Shown: positions 49,870-60,753, counted from the first letter of the stretch. The stretch is 64,000 nucleotides of DNA from Candidatus Bathyarchaeota archaeon (GCA_963782525.1 CAWAKC010000003.1:96001-160000); one strand, 5' to 3'. Notes: generated by a model not told the origin, from the sequence alone. Numbers and translations are program-made.

Positions 49870-51054
49870 TTGGAAGCTCCAGCCCAAACCGCTATTTTTT
49901 GCCCTGAATGCCAAAGCCCGAAGTATTTTAAGGATGGCAAACGCAAACTCTCAAACGGTGAAATAGCCCAGCGTTATATTTGCCGTGTATGTGGCTACCG
50001 CTATACATACCCATCTAGCTTAAATGCTGTCTCGGACAATTCTGAAGGTAGCCAAATAAGCGCAAAGGCGAAAAATTTGGACCCTACGCAGAAACATAAA
50101 TTCTGTGTGGGAGATGCAATAAAAGTAGATGCTGACACCAAAGGCTTGTTAACACTGTTCTATGCCTACATGGAAAAAGAAGCCTACTCCGTTGAAAGTG
50201 ACTATGTTGATAAAGTTAAGCATCTTGCTATTCGTGGAGCTAACTTAGCGGACCCTGAAAGCGTTAAAACTGTAATTGGACAAATGCACCGGAAAGATGG
50301 CAAACCAACTAAAAACGGAACTAAGATGCTTTATTGCTATGCTTATGATGCCTTCGCTAAAATGCTTAAACTTCAATGGAATATACCAAAATACACACAA
50401 GAAGATCACGATCCCTTTGTACCTGATGAAACCGAATTAGACGCATTAATTAACGCTGCAAAATCTAAGCTATTGGCCGCTTTTCTACAATGCTTAAAAG
50501 AAACGTTTGGCGATCCTGGAGAAGTACTGCGTATTCGATGGCTTGACGTTGACACCAACAACAAGAAAATAAGCATAAGTTATCCAGTGAAGAACCATCT
50601 TACTCGAACCCTGCAAGTTTCTAACCGACTGTTATCAATGATTGACGCTTTACCCAAAAAAGACGATAGAGTTTTCCCGACTTCGTACTCAAATATGCTT
50701 CACCGTTTCGTAACTATGCGTAAGAGAACCGCTGAAATTCACCAAAACCCTAGGCTATTAGCAGTTGACTTTACAGCCTTTAGAACTTGGGCTGGAACAA
50801 TGATAGCCTACCACAGCAACGGAAACGTGCTTTTAGTCCAGAAGCTACTAGGTCACAAGCAAATTAAAAACACAATGAAATATATCGGCAAAATAAATTT
50901 CCAAAACCAAGACTTTGAAACCACAAGCGCATCAACCGTTGAAGACATACTTCGATTAGGGAAAGAAGGCTGGATTGAATACTCTGTTATCAGTATTAGC
51001 AACGTAGAACACCACTGTTTCAAGAAGCCTAAGAGGTTCAGCAGCTATGTCTAA
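49870..51054 (+). CDS. Tyrosine integrase with N-terminal zinc finger
   Basis: CPEC...CRVC, KN, FR, LLGH, TMKY; next to the candidate att. Confidence 0.85.
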   Translation: MEAPAQTAIFCPECQSPKYFKDGKRKLSNGEIAQRYICRVCGYRYTYPSSLNAVSDNSEGSQISAKAKNLDPTQKHKFCVGDAIKVDADTKGLLTLFYAYMEKEAYSVESDYVDKVKHLAIRGANLADPESVKTVIGQMHRKDGKPTKNGTKMLYCYAYDAFAKMLKLQWNIPKYTQEDHDPFVPDETELDALINAAKSKLLAAFLQCLKETFGDPGEVLRIRWLDVDTNNKKISISYPVKNHLTRTLQVSNRLLSMIDALPKKDDRVFPTSYSNMLHRFVTMRKRTAEIHQNPRLLAVDFTAFRTWAGTMIAYHSNGNVLLVQKLLGHKQIKNTMKYIGKINFQNQDFETTSASTVEDILRLGKEGWIEYSVISISNVEHHCFKKPKRFSSYV

Positions 51055-51149
51055 AAGTGCAGTAGTAAGAATAAAAGACCATGTGAAAAGGAACAGAAAG
51101 GCTTTTCATCATACAGGTTCTTTAATGGTTTGGTGGGGAGAGCAAGCAC

Positions 51150-51509
51150 ATGAGCGATGAGGAACAACTTAAAGCCAGATCCCATTTGACGGAACTCGCG
51201 GTTGCTTATTTCAAGAAGGAAGGTTTCAAGGTTAACAGCGAAAACGTCAAACTGGAAGGACACAGCGGCGTCGCACGACATTTTGATTTGATTGTACAGA
51301 AAGGCCGGTTGGAGCAAGGCGTTTGGGTGAGGGATTGGAATCGAACTATCGGCGTCAATGTCATTATCAACTTGGATACTTCTTCGGAAGACGTGGATCT
51401 GTCAAGTCCCATCATGATTGGCGAAAAATTTAGCGATCATGCCAAATCCTACAGCAACCGACGCAAAATCACATTGCTCACAAAACAAAAAATCGGCAGC
51501 TTCCGCTAA
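51150..51509 (+). CDS. PD-(D/E)xK restriction-endonuclease-like (Mrr-cat) protein
   Basis: LEGHSGVARHFDLIV, KFSDHAKSY. Confidence 0.7.
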   Translation: MSDEEQLKARSHLTELAVAYFKKEGFKVNSENVKLEGHSGVARHFDLIVQKGRLEQGVWVRDWNRTIGVNVIINLDTSSEDVDLSSPIMIGEKFSDHAKSYSNRRKITLLTKQKIGSFR

Positions 51510-52087
51510 GTTTTCAAGTACTCGTCTAAGATACCTTCCTGCTCAAGGGTTCCCAACCAATCAACTGAGCCGACAAGGCAGTCTCGGCGTTTCTCTAAAA
51601 CCTGCAAAATCCAACCAACAACTTCCTCAACAGTTTTTCCAGTAACATCCAACTCGCAGACTCTGCCAGCATGCACCTCAACCGCTTCGCCAAGGCATAC
51701 ATCCAAAATCTCCGCCTGCAAATTCTCCCACATCTTGCTGCCCGTGTAACCACATTTTTCCATGAATTGCTTGAGTTCTTTGGGGTTTCTTCGAAGAACA
51801 AAAACGAGGGCAACGTGGTTGGTTGGGGTCACGGCGCTTGCGTAATGACCATCTATGACGATGTTGGCGTTGGGTGAGGCATCGATGGTTTCGCCAATTT
51901 TTTCTTGCATGGCTTCTTCGTTAATGATTATGGTGTTTCGTTCTTTGTCTTCGCCTAGCGTTAGATTATTGGTCTTGGCAAAATCAGTTAAGTTGATGTA
52001 TTCTGCCCCAAGTTTTGCAACGAGTTGTTTAGCGGTGGTTGTTTTTCCCACGCAAGGCGTGCCTGTAATGAGGATGACACGTTTCAT
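51506..52087 (-). CDS. Adenylate kinase AK6/Fap7 family
   Basis: ITGTPCVGKTT, VIDGH, ENLQAE; real start at 52087 because the longer ORF-track start overlaps rnpB. Confidence 0.9.
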   Translation of the reverse strand: MKRVILITGTPCVGKTTTAKQLVAKLGAEYINLTDFAKTNNLTLGEDKERNTIIINEEAMQEKIGETIDASPNANIVIDGHYASAVTPTNHVALVFVLRRNPKELKQFMEKCGYTGSKMWENLQAEILDVCLGEAVEVHAGRVCELDVTGKTVEEVVGWILQVLEKRRDCLVGSVDWLGTLEQEGILDEYLKT

Positions 52088-52172
52088 GAAGCTATTTTGG
52101 CTGGTCACATAATTATTGATTGTGGCTAAGTTTATGAGTATGTTTATTGCTTGCGGATGCGCTTTTTCGGTT

Positions 52173-52486
52173 GGGCTGGCGAGTTGGTGTGTGGCTTTCG
52201 GGTCCCAAATGGGATCTGAGGAAACTCCGCCCACATGTAGAATTGCAGTCCCGTCGTTGGGACAACGCGAGAGCGTTGGCAACGGAGCAGAAACGAAACG
52301 TCCACCCAGACTTGGCGATGACACATTTGTGATGTCGAGTGTGCTGGATTGGAAACGGTGAAACGGCTGTCCTGCAAGTGGAAAGGGCAAACAGTCGCCG
52401 ATGAAGTATCTACCGGAAGGCGCGGGTAGCCCGATTAGCAGAATGCCACGATAACAGAAGGCGGGTTACTGCCAACACACCAGTCT
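52173..52486 (+). ncRNA. rnpB: RNase P RNA
   Basis: GAGGAAACTCC (CR-I), GCAGAAAC, GGTGAAACGG, AACAGAAGGCGGGTTA (CR-V); 5' GGGCTGG..GTTGG pairs with 3' CCAAC..CCAGTCT. Confidence 0.93.
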
Positions 52487-52529
52487 ATTTTACTAATACA
52501 CCAGCTTTTTGTCTACTCATTACGTTTTT

Positions 52530-53846
52530 TCGCCTTCCTAAATAGCAAAGCATCCCTGAAGCCTTCAAATCAGCCTATGAGCTCCTTGTTGCAGACCGAG
52601 GAGGCTTTGTCTACGAACCAAAAGTTGGCATACACAACAACACTGGCGAAGTTGATTCTTCATCGATGTATCCAAGCTTGATGGTTAACAACAACATCTC
52701 AGCCGAAACAGTTCTTTGCAAATGCTGCCCAGACTCGCACTTGCGAATCCCAGAGTTAAACTACAACATTTGTGAGAAACGGGTTGGGGTAGTTCCTAAA
52801 GCTTTGAAGCTGTTGTCTCTAAACGGTTGCACTACAAGAGGCTAAGAGATGAAACCGTGGACCCTAAACTTAAGGAGATGTACGATAACAGACAGAATGC
52901 TTTGAAGTGGATTTTAGTCACTTGCTTTGGGTATTTTGGCTACAGGAATGCAAAGTTCGGGACGGTGGATGGCCATATTGGTGTTTGTGCGTTTGGTAGG
53001 GATGCGTTTCTCAGGGCTGCTCGGATTTCTGAGAGTCGAGGCTTTGAAGTGCTCCACGGAATAGTGGATTCACTTTGGTTAAAAAAGGAAAACACAAATC
53101 TCGAAGAATACAAGGACCTCTGCAAACAAGTAAGCGACGACATCGGGGTTCCACTGAATTTTGAGGGACGTTACAAATTAATTGTTTTCTTGCCGTCGAA
53201 AATGCACCCAAATATTGGTGTTTTAAACCGCTACTATGGAGTTATGGAGAATGGAAAACTAAAGGTTAGAGGCTTAGAGGTACGTAAACATGACACACCC
53301 AAATTCGTCTACGATGCGCAGATGGAAATGATAAACGTGTTTTCCACGGCTAACAATTCGAAAGATTTTATGCAAAAGATTCCCGAAGCCCTTAAAGTGG
53401 TGAAAGCTTACCGGCAGAAATTACTCGACGGTGAGGTGCCTATTGGAGATTTGATTATTTCTAAGCATCTATCGAAAAACCCCAAGCACTACAAGCAACA
53501 TGTCAGTCAGGTTATCGCTGCAGAGCAACTGATTAAGGAAGGTTCAGAAGTTCATGCAGGCAGCAATGTACATTTCGTTTTTACTGACTCAAACAATAAG
53601 CGCTTTGAAAGACGAGTTAAGGCAGAACAACTCTTAGACAAGGGAGTTAACCCCGATGAACGGAAATACTTGCAACTTCTATATGAGTCAGCGGCGGGTT
53701 TGTTAAGCTTCTCCAATTATACATCTAAGATTGTTCAAAACGCAATCAGGGGATATGAGAGCAAAATCTTTTCGATTATCTTGGTGGCGCATAGTTATTA
53801 TTCGGTTGGGGACTGCGCCTTTATTCCAACTGTCCTAGAAACATGA
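52530..53846 (+). pseudogene. Family B DNA polymerase, PolB2 type, 5'-truncated and frameshifted
   Basis: Upstream frame DRGGFVYEPKVG...DSSSMYPS...NISAET; frameshift near 52812; RQNALKWILVTCFGY, HGIVDS; exonuclease half absent. Confidence 0.8.
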
Positions 53847-53949
53847 AAAAACCCATTTCAGCTTCCATACATAATTATAAATACAACATAAGAAAAAAAG
53901 GGACATGACAATTTATAAATTGTCACACATAAACGGAAGGAAAGAAAAA

Positions 53950-56643
53950 ATGAAATCAACCTTAATGAAAAGCAAAACATGTTTGCTTATTGTAATACTC
54001 CTACTGAGCATTGCTACTATGCTTCTTGTTTCGTCACCAGTTAACGCAGCCGTTACTTCCTACAACTCCTACATCTACGTTTCCGCCAGTCCCAGAGTCG
54101 CCGGTGTTGGCCAATCCGTGTTGCTTGTCGCTTGGACAGCCGACATACCGCCAGACATTGGCGAAACAGCGGGCACTATTTCGAGTCCAAGCGGTAGAGC
54201 TGGTTGGATTGGAATGGAAATCAATCTGACAAAACCAAATGGTGAATCAGTACTTCTTGATATGCCATATAGTGACCCAGTCGGCGCCAACTACATTGCC
54301 TACGTACCCGAAACCGTCGGCACATATACCATTCAAGCTATATTCCCTGAAACATGGAAAAACACCACCACAACACAAGCACTCTATCTTGCTGCAGTCA
54401 GCCCGAAAGAAACCTTCACCATACAGAACGACCCAATACAACCCTGGATTGAAACACCTCTGCCAAACAGTTATTGGACTCGTCCACTCAACAGTGCAAA
54501 TAGAGACTGGTATGTCATAGCAGGCGACTGGCTTGCTGGGGCCAGCGGTGGAGGCGGGGCAAGCATAAACACACCCTTTCTGCGACCCCAAGGCACTTAC
54601 GGTGGCGTACCCCAACAATTAGTCACAACCGCAGGTCCAACAAGCGCTCACATACTATGGACAAAGCCATATTACATGGGCGGAATCATGGATGCCAACT
54701 ATGAAACTACAGGCTACCAAACAGCCCACTACCAAGGTCTTGGCTGGACAGGCAACATAATTCTGCAGGGGAAAATCTACTACGCTCCACGCACAACGGA
54801 TCACGCGACAAATGGCTACACAGTCATTGACTTATACACTGGCGAAACATTATCTGAAGAAAACAACACCAAACCGGCATTCGGTCAAGTATACAACTAC
54901 GAATCTCCTAACCAACACGGAGGTTTTGCATATCTCTGGAGAACCTCCGGTCAAACTATAACTAATCCTGTCGGCGTCAACGGCACAGTTTGGACGGCAA
55001 TTGACCCAATGACTGGCCAAACCGTCTATAAGATAGCCAACGTATCTGCAACAGGCACCCAAGTCTACGGCATAGACGGAAGCATCTGCTACTACAACCT
55101 CGTCAACTACGGAACTGCAACATCGCCTAACTACCGGTTAACCATATGGAACAATTCGGCAATACCATCTGAATTGCTAGGCGACTCAGGAACTAACTAT
55201 TGGCAATGGAGACCAGCCACAGGCGGTAGAGGCACCCTTCTAGGGGGAGAATACGTTCACGATGGAAACAAAGGCTTCGCTGTAAACGTTTCAATACCAA
55301 CACCATACAACGATCGAAATACGCTGCTCAATGAAACAGGCACAATCCGCGCCATAAGAGAAAGTGAATTACTCGTAGTTGGAACTGCGGGAAGAAACGA
55401 TGAAAGAGGCGACGTTCAAGGCATGCTATGGGGCATTAGTCTGAGGCCAGACTCAACTTTAGGCCAACAACTATGGAAGGTAACATTCTCAGAGCCATAT
55501 GCACCAACATCAGCCAATGCAAGCAACACCCTAATTGAAGTCTTCCCAGACCAGAACGTGTTCGTCTGCGGCAACGTCCTCATGCAAGGCGGTACAAAGA
55601 CTCTCATGTACTATGGTTATGACTTGACAACTGGAAAACAGATATGGCAAGTTGGCCCTATGCCACAATTCGACTACTACACTAGCCGACTCGACAACTA
55701 CAAAGGGATGTTGTTCTTGGATCAAGGCTATGCCGGAGTATTGATGGCCTATAACCTAACGACAGGACAATCAGTTTGGAACTACACTGCTAATGACGTC
55801 GGCTTTGAATCTCCCTACGGCAACTATCCAATGGGCATTTCATGCATAGCTAAACAAAACGATGTAATCTACACCACAGGCAGTGAACACTCGCCTACCC
55901 AACCACTGTGGCGGGGCCCGAACCTACGCTGCATAAACGCAACTGACGGCACTGAAATTTGGAAAACACTATTCTGGGGAGCCAACATGGGAGCCACTGA
56001 TCCCAGCAACGTAGCGTTAGCAGACGGTATCCTCGTCGGTCTCAACTACTTCGACAGCGAAATCTATGCATTCGGAAAAGGGCCAAGTGCAACAACAGTT
56101 TCCGGACCCCTCTCAGGCGCAGCAGTGAATTCTGTTCTAACCCTTACCGGCACAGTCACCGATCAAACCACTACTGGCAGACGTACCACCAACGACAACT
56201 TCGAATTCACCCTCAAGGGCACACCAGCAATATCCGATGCAGACATGAATAGGTGGATGGAATACCTCTTTGAGCAGCAAAGCTACCCAGCAAATGCAAC
56301 AGGCGTTCCAGTTCATTTAACAACCATCGACCCCAACGGCAACATCTTCGACATTGGCACAGTTACATCTGACATCAACGGCAACTATGGCACTGCCTTC
56401 ACCCCAAGTGTTCCAGGCACCTACACGATATTTGCAACCTTTGCAGGCTCCAACGCTTATGGGCCGTCGACAGCTTCAACATACATCGCAGTAGCAGATG
56501 CCCCAACAGTGACTCAGGCACCAACAACGTCCCAGCCAGTATCGCTCGTTGAAACCTACTTCTTCCCAGCCATCGCAGCCTTGTTCATATTTGTTGCCAT
56601 AATGAGTGTAGTAATAATCCTGCTGACTCGGAAGCGCCCATAA
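53950..56643 (+). CDS. Secreted PQQ-binding-like beta-propeller protein (third paralog)
   Basis: Signal peptide, YWTRP, YESPNQHGG, EHSP, WMEYL, TM plus RKR tail. Confidence 0.85.
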   Translation: MKSTLMKSKTCLLIVILLLSIATMLLVSSPVNAAVTSYNSYIYVSASPRVAGVGQSVLLVAWTADIPPDIGETAGTISSPSGRAGWIGMEINLTKPNGESVLLDMPYSDPVGANYIAYVPETVGTYTIQAIFPETWKNTTTTQALYLAAVSPKETFTIQNDPIQPWIETPLPNSYWTRPLNSANRDWYVIAGDWLAGASGGGGASINTPFLRPQGTYGGVPQQLVTTAGPTSAHILWTKPYYMGGIMDANYETTGYQTAHYQGLGWTGNIILQGKIYYAPRTTDHATNGYTVIDLYTGETLSEENNTKPAFGQVYNYESPNQHGGFAYLWRTSGQTITNPVGVNGTVWTAIDPMTGQTVYKIANVSATGTQVYGIDGSICYYNLVNYGTATSPNYRLTIWNNSAIPSELLGDSGTNYWQWRPATGGRGTLLGGEYVHDGNKGFAVNVSIPTPYNDRNTLLNETGTIRAIRESELLVVGTAGRNDERGDVQGMLWGISLRPDSTLGQQLWKVTFSEPYAPTSANASNTLIEVFPDQNVFVCGNVLMQGGTKTLMYYGYDLTTGKQIWQVGPMPQFDYYTSRLDNYKGMLFLDQGYAGVLMAYNLTTGQSVWNYTANDVGFESPYGNYPMGISCIAKQNDVIYTTGSEHSPTQPLWRGPNLRCINATDGTEIWKTLFWGANMGATDPSNVALADGILVGLNYFDSEIYAFGKGPSATTVSGPLSGAAVNSVLTLTGTVTDQTTTGRRTTNDNFEFTLKGTPAISDADMNRWMEYLFEQQSYPANATGVPVHLTTIDPNGNIFDIGTVTSDINGNYGTAFTPSVPGTYTIFATFAGSNAYGPSTASTYIAVADAPTVTQAPTTSQPVSLVETYFFPAIAALFIFVAIMSVVIILLTRKRP

Positions 56644-57101
56644 AGAACAGCCGCATCCAAAACCAACTTCCTTTTTATTTTTTTTTAAATTCTAATTAAA
56701 GCCATTTCTCTTTGGAGATAAGGGGGTGATGCCTTGACTTCACTAAAATGGTTTAGAAACAAAGCGAACCATCCCTCAGAATACAAATTGACTGCTGGCA
56801 CTGGGCCTTAGCTTCATTAGCTTACTTGCTGCAAAGGAGCTTAGGGAATACTTAAGGTTTTAGCGATTGACACAATAATAATTATCACCTTCAGCCTTGA
56901 TTAGATGCGTGTATACCATTGTCGAGTTTATGTTTCTGTGACCTAATCTTTCTTGCACGTGCAGAAGGACGTTTGTCTTAGCATAACAAACCTATATTAT
57001 GAATACAAGAAAAGAGTTAAACCATAACGCATCGATATAGTCTATACAAGGGAGAACTAACGCAAGAAAACACAAAAGACAATTATTCACTCCAAAACGC
57101 A

Positions 57102-57605
57102 GTGAATAAACTAGCAATAATACTCAAACTCATTTTCGAAGATAACCCGGACATTTTCTTAAAAAAACCCGAAGAAGTCAGCTTGGACTTACTAAATAAT
57201 TTTTCTAACTCATTTCTTTCAATTTCAACACTATTTCAAGAAGTTATTGAAGAATGGTTTGGTTCTAGTCCAGAAGTGGTTGAAGCCATTAACAGGTCTG
57301 AAGAATTGGGAGACCAACTTGAAATTGAAGTAAGCGAGAATGATAAACTGGACTTTGAGCAAATAAGAAAAATCATGAATAGAATGAATAAAATCGACGA
57401 AGCTTTAGGCAACTTAGAGAAGATATCGCTTTATCTGAAATATTACGAAGATTTATGCAAACAAAAAGGTCTTACTAATAATGCCAACTTATCAGAAATT
57501 TTCAGAGTCTATGGTGCTGAAGAATTTACGAAAAATCTAAGAAATGAGATAAACCATCATAAAAATCAAATAGAGAGAAATAACATGTATAATCGAGCCA
57601 ACTAA
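57102..57605 (+). CDS. Hypothetical helical protein
   Basis: 167-aa AT-rich ORF. Confidence 0.5.
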   Translation: MNKLAIILKLIFEDNPDIFLKKPEEVSLDLLNNFSNSFLSISTLFQEVIEEWFGSSPEVVEAINRSEELGDQLEIEVSENDKLDFEQIRKIMNRMNKIDEALGNLEKISLYLKYYEDLCKQKGLTNNANLSEIFRVYGAEEFTKNLRNEINHHKNQIERNNMYNRAN

Positions 57606-57992
57606 ACACAAAGACATTGAAAATAGCCACAAAATCATTGAAAATAGCTTATGCGGCGTTGGTTATCTCCGTTTTGTTTACAATTTTCACGTTATTAGAT
57701 TTGCTCTTGAAATATATCGTGCGCTAAATGTTTCTAAACCTTTTTGGATCTTAAAAATGAGCACTTGAACCAAAAATCTGACGTACATTAAAACAACTGC
57801 GGTCAAAAGTACAATCTCAAGCAAAAACACCTCAGGCAAGTGCACATATCCCCTAAAGGGCACCCTTCTCTCAAGCAAGGACTCTATCTTGCAACATTTC
57901 AACTAAAAGCAAGAAATCTTTAAGCGATCTGCCCAAACCAAAATGAATAGGAAAGACAAAGCATATATTTAGAATAAACTCACATAATATAG

Positions 57993-58289
57993 GTGAAGTT
58001 TTTGATTGATATTGAAGAAATTATGGGGTTACAGGTAGTGACTTCAGGTGCACGTATTCTTGGAGAAGTTAAAGGAGCAAAAATTGATCCCGCGACTTGG
58101 GCGATTAAGTTCTTGAACGTGAAGCTTACTGGCGATGCTGCTGAGAGTTTTGGAATGAAGAAGAGGTTTGCGAGTTCCAAAATATGTGTTCCAGTTAGCA
58201 TGGTTCAAGCAGTTGCGCATGTGGTGACGCTTTCTGTGTCTATGGAAGAGTTAGAAAGCTCTCAAGAAATCGCAGAGTGCAAAGACTAA
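57993..58289 (+). CDS. PRC-barrel domain protein
   Basis: IMGLQVVTSGARILGEVKGAKIDPATWAI...VPVSMVQAVAHVVTL. Confidence 0.8.
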   Translation: MKFLIDIEEIMGLQVVTSGARILGEVKGAKIDPATWAIKFLNVKLTGDAAESFGMKKRFASSKICVPVSMVQAVAHVVTLSVSMEELESSQEIAECKD

Positions 58290-58550
58290 AAAACGCAATA
58301 CGCCTTTAGGGATTCAGTGAATAGTTGAATAGTATTGATTGAGTCCTAATTTTTTCTTTTTTTCTTTTGTCAATTAGATGGCTGCATGTGAAAAACAGAG
58401 GAAATAGATGTAACTTTGCGTGCGCCCAAACCATCTGTTACCGTTGAAATCATTGGTGAATTTAAAACCCGCTTAAGTTATCCTAATCTTACCAAAGAAG
58501 CACTAATTACTTCTTGAAGGTTTATTAAACTATAAGATAGTTAATGTCGC

Positions 58551-58961
58551 ATGAAAAAATCTACAATAATAATACTTGCGGTGGTTGTTTCTGCAGTCAT
58601 TGTTGTATCAGTTGTTGGTGCAGCTTTACTCTCAGGAATGTTTGGAGCAGTCTTTAACGCAACTGAGTCTCCTCAAATCAAAGAAGCTTCAATTGCAACA
58701 AATTTTGGTGGCGGATATAGTCTAGAAGCAGGAGCATTTGCACTGGAAGGCGCCGCTCAAAACCTTGGGCAAAAAGACGCAAAAAACGTTAGAGTAGATA
58801 TCACTTTCTTTAACGCTGATACTCAGCAGGAATTAAAGACACAAACAATCTCTTTTGGAGATATTGCAGCAGGAAACTCAAAAAACATTAACCTTTCCGT
58901 TGAATTTCCAAGCGATTCAGTGCGTGTTACTTTTACAGCAGCCGACCCAGTATGGGAATAA
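58551..58961 (+). CDS. Membrane-anchored Ig-like (FxLYD/CARDB-like) protein
   Basis: N-terminal TM; G...N.G...AKNVRVDITFFNAD...GDIAAG. Confidence 0.65.
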   Translation: MKKSTIIILAVVVSAVIVVSVVGAALLSGMFGAVFNATESPQIKEASIATNFGGGYSLEAGAFALEGAAQNLGQKDAKNVRVDITFFNADTQQELKTQTISFGDIAAGNSKNINLSVEFPSDSVRVTFTAADPVWE

Positions 58962-59231
58962 ATTGAGTTTTACTTTACTTTTTTTCTCTTTTAAGTTTTA
59001 TTATCTATCGCTCGACTAAAACAGATTGAGGTATTGAACAGTAATTTACAAAATTAGGGTTTGCGAAAACCCATAAAATCGATGAGTGAGAATATAAAAG
59101 CTTATAACTAGACAGCAACAATAAGAAATTAGGGACAAGTCGTGAGTAAAGAAACAAGTAAAAAATTACTAAGCCCAAAGGCGGGTTACTGCCAACACAC
59201 CAGCCCACGTATTCAACAGAAGGCGTCTGAA

Positions 59232-59430
59232 GTGACAGAAAACAGCTCTTCTATTATATACGCCAATTCTTAAGCTTTGGAATATTGGAAAAAGGAATTA
59301 GCAAACCGAGACAGCAAAACGGCTTTCCGTTATCTCCAATACCTCAAAGGTTTCGTAGAATACATGGGAAAGACACCCATCAAATCTTAGCCCAACGAGA
59401 ATTGGATTTAAGAAGCTTAAACAAACAAGT
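59232..59430 (+). pseudogene. Integrase N-terminal remnant
   Basis: MTENSSSIIYANS*ALEYWKKELANRDSKTAFRYLQYLKGFVEYMGKTP / QILAQRELDLRS resembles archaeal integrase core-binding domains; contains a stop and a frameshift. Confidence 0.55.
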
Positions 59431-60074
59431 GCAGCTTGATAGTATCTGTAAAGAAATCAATTTCACGCTATTGGCTTATAGGAAATTAAGATTTAATGAG
59501 CTGCTCAGAACATTGAAAAAATTCGCTGTAAAGATAACCCAACCAACACTAAAGCTACATCTGAACCATTTAATTTACAAAGGATTAGTTGAAAGAAAAG
59601 AGGAAGGCTCCCAAAATGTCAGTTACAGCCTGATAAAAGAAATTGATAACTTGATGCATGTTCTGCCAGAAGAAGTTAGGAAATGGTTTGACGCAGAACT
59701 ATTGCGTGAAGATATACCAGAAGAACTAAGAGCAAAGAAAATATCTCGTTAAGAGATTTTCAAGCACTACAGTACAGAATAATTAGACAAAAAAGTTATT
59801 GTTGATTTAAGCAATGTTCTGAGCTTAAATTTGTATGAACTAATGTCCTACATCGAGTATGACTTGAAGATAGACGAGTTTCAAAATGATTCCGATTTTT
59901 GGAACTTTGCAGGAGATCTTCTTTATCGTCAGCAAAAAAATATATAGTCGACAAATGCCGCGCCAGAGAAGAGTACAAAGAGCTGCTCTTTGAGAAAATA
60001 GAGCTATTAACCGAGGAGCTTAGAAGCGATAAAGAATTGCTCAGAAAAAGAGGGAGGCGATCTGGAGAAATTAA
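59430..60074 (+). pseudogene. Degraded winged-helix protein gene
   Basis: LRFNELLRTL...ITQPTLKLHLNHLIYKGLVER; broken continuation downstream. Confidence 0.5.
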
Positions 60075-60285
60075 GAACAACAAGAAAAGCCGTCAGGGAG
60101 TGGCATCGCTCCCGACTCCTTCTTGCCTTCACTCATCGTTCAGGTAATTCACCCACCGTCTCTAAGGAATCATAGAATAGACAATAGCTCCCCCTTTGAC
60201 CCCTAAATCCTCTTTTCAGCCGTCGTAGAAAAAGAGGACTTGGGATTCGAAGAAAAGTTAATGTGTGGGACAGCTTGCATGATAT

Positions 60286-60753
60286 TTGTGTGATATTTTG
60301 ACTAATAATGTACTCGAAGCAGTCCACAAAGTAGAGCTTGAAAAATATTTAGGCAAATGGTATGAGATTGCACATCTTCCCGCTAAATTCCAAGAAGGTT
60401 GCAATGAAACGACAGCAACTTACACTTTATTAGATAATGGCGTTATTTCTGTTCTGAACGAGTGCAAAAAGAACGGCAAAATGAAACTGGCAAAGGGAAA
60501 AGCAAAAGTTGTTGACAAAACGACTAATGCGAAACTCAAAGTGACATTTTTCTGGCCGTTTTATGGTGACTATTGGATAATAAAATTAGGGGATGACTAC
60601 AGTTATGCCGTTGTTGGTACACCAAACCGTAAGTATCTTTGGATATTGAGCAGAACACGTCAAATGGATGATAAGCTTTTTTCAGAATTAGTAGATTTCG
60701 TAAAGTCAAAAGGCTTCAACGTCGAAAACCTAATAAAAACTGTTCACAGTTAA
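60286..60753 (+). CDS. blc: Lipocalin (Blc family), no lipoprotein signal
   Basis: KYLGKWYEIA, KLKVTFFWPFYGDYWII, YLWILSR. Confidence 0.88.
   Translation: MCDILTNNVLEAVHKVELEKYLGKWYEIAHLPAKFQEGCNETTATYTLLDNGVISVLNECKKNGKMKLAKGKAKVVDKTTNAKLKVTFFWPFYGDYWIIKLGDDYSYAVVGTPNRKYLWILSRTRQMDDKLFSELVDFVKSKGFNVENLIKTVHS

Larger units (their letters stand above)
39869..51105. mobile_element. Putative provirus (spindle-shaped-virus-like), about 11.2 kb
   Basis: Capsid-like two-helix protein, membrane adhesin-like protein, primase-SF3 helicase, RHH proteins, terminal integrase; candidate 10-bp att GAAAGGCTTT at 39869-39878 and 51096-51105. Confidence 0.75.
52458..59203. mobile_element. Island A integrated at the rnpB 3' end (6.7 kb, no integrase left)
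   Basis: 26-bp direct repeat AAGGCGGGTTACTGCCAACACACCAG at 52458-52483 and 59178-59203. Confidence 0.75.

Noticed and set aside
52088-52390. 101-aa N-terminal extension of adenylate kinase and other short ORFs here
   Set aside because: They overlap the RNase P RNA gene; kinase homology starts at 52087
31651-56643. Similarity among the three beta-propeller genes as DGR template/variable repeats
   Set aside because: Protein-level paralogy only; no reverse transcriptase and no adenine-specific near-identical repeat seen
56700-56780. Possible fluoride riboswitch (GGTGATG...)
   Set aside because: Lacks the complementary stem and downstream consensus; no fitting downstream gene
59285-59752. 155-aa ORF as a genuine gene
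   Set aside because: Chimera of an off-frame integrase remnant and a wHTH fragment
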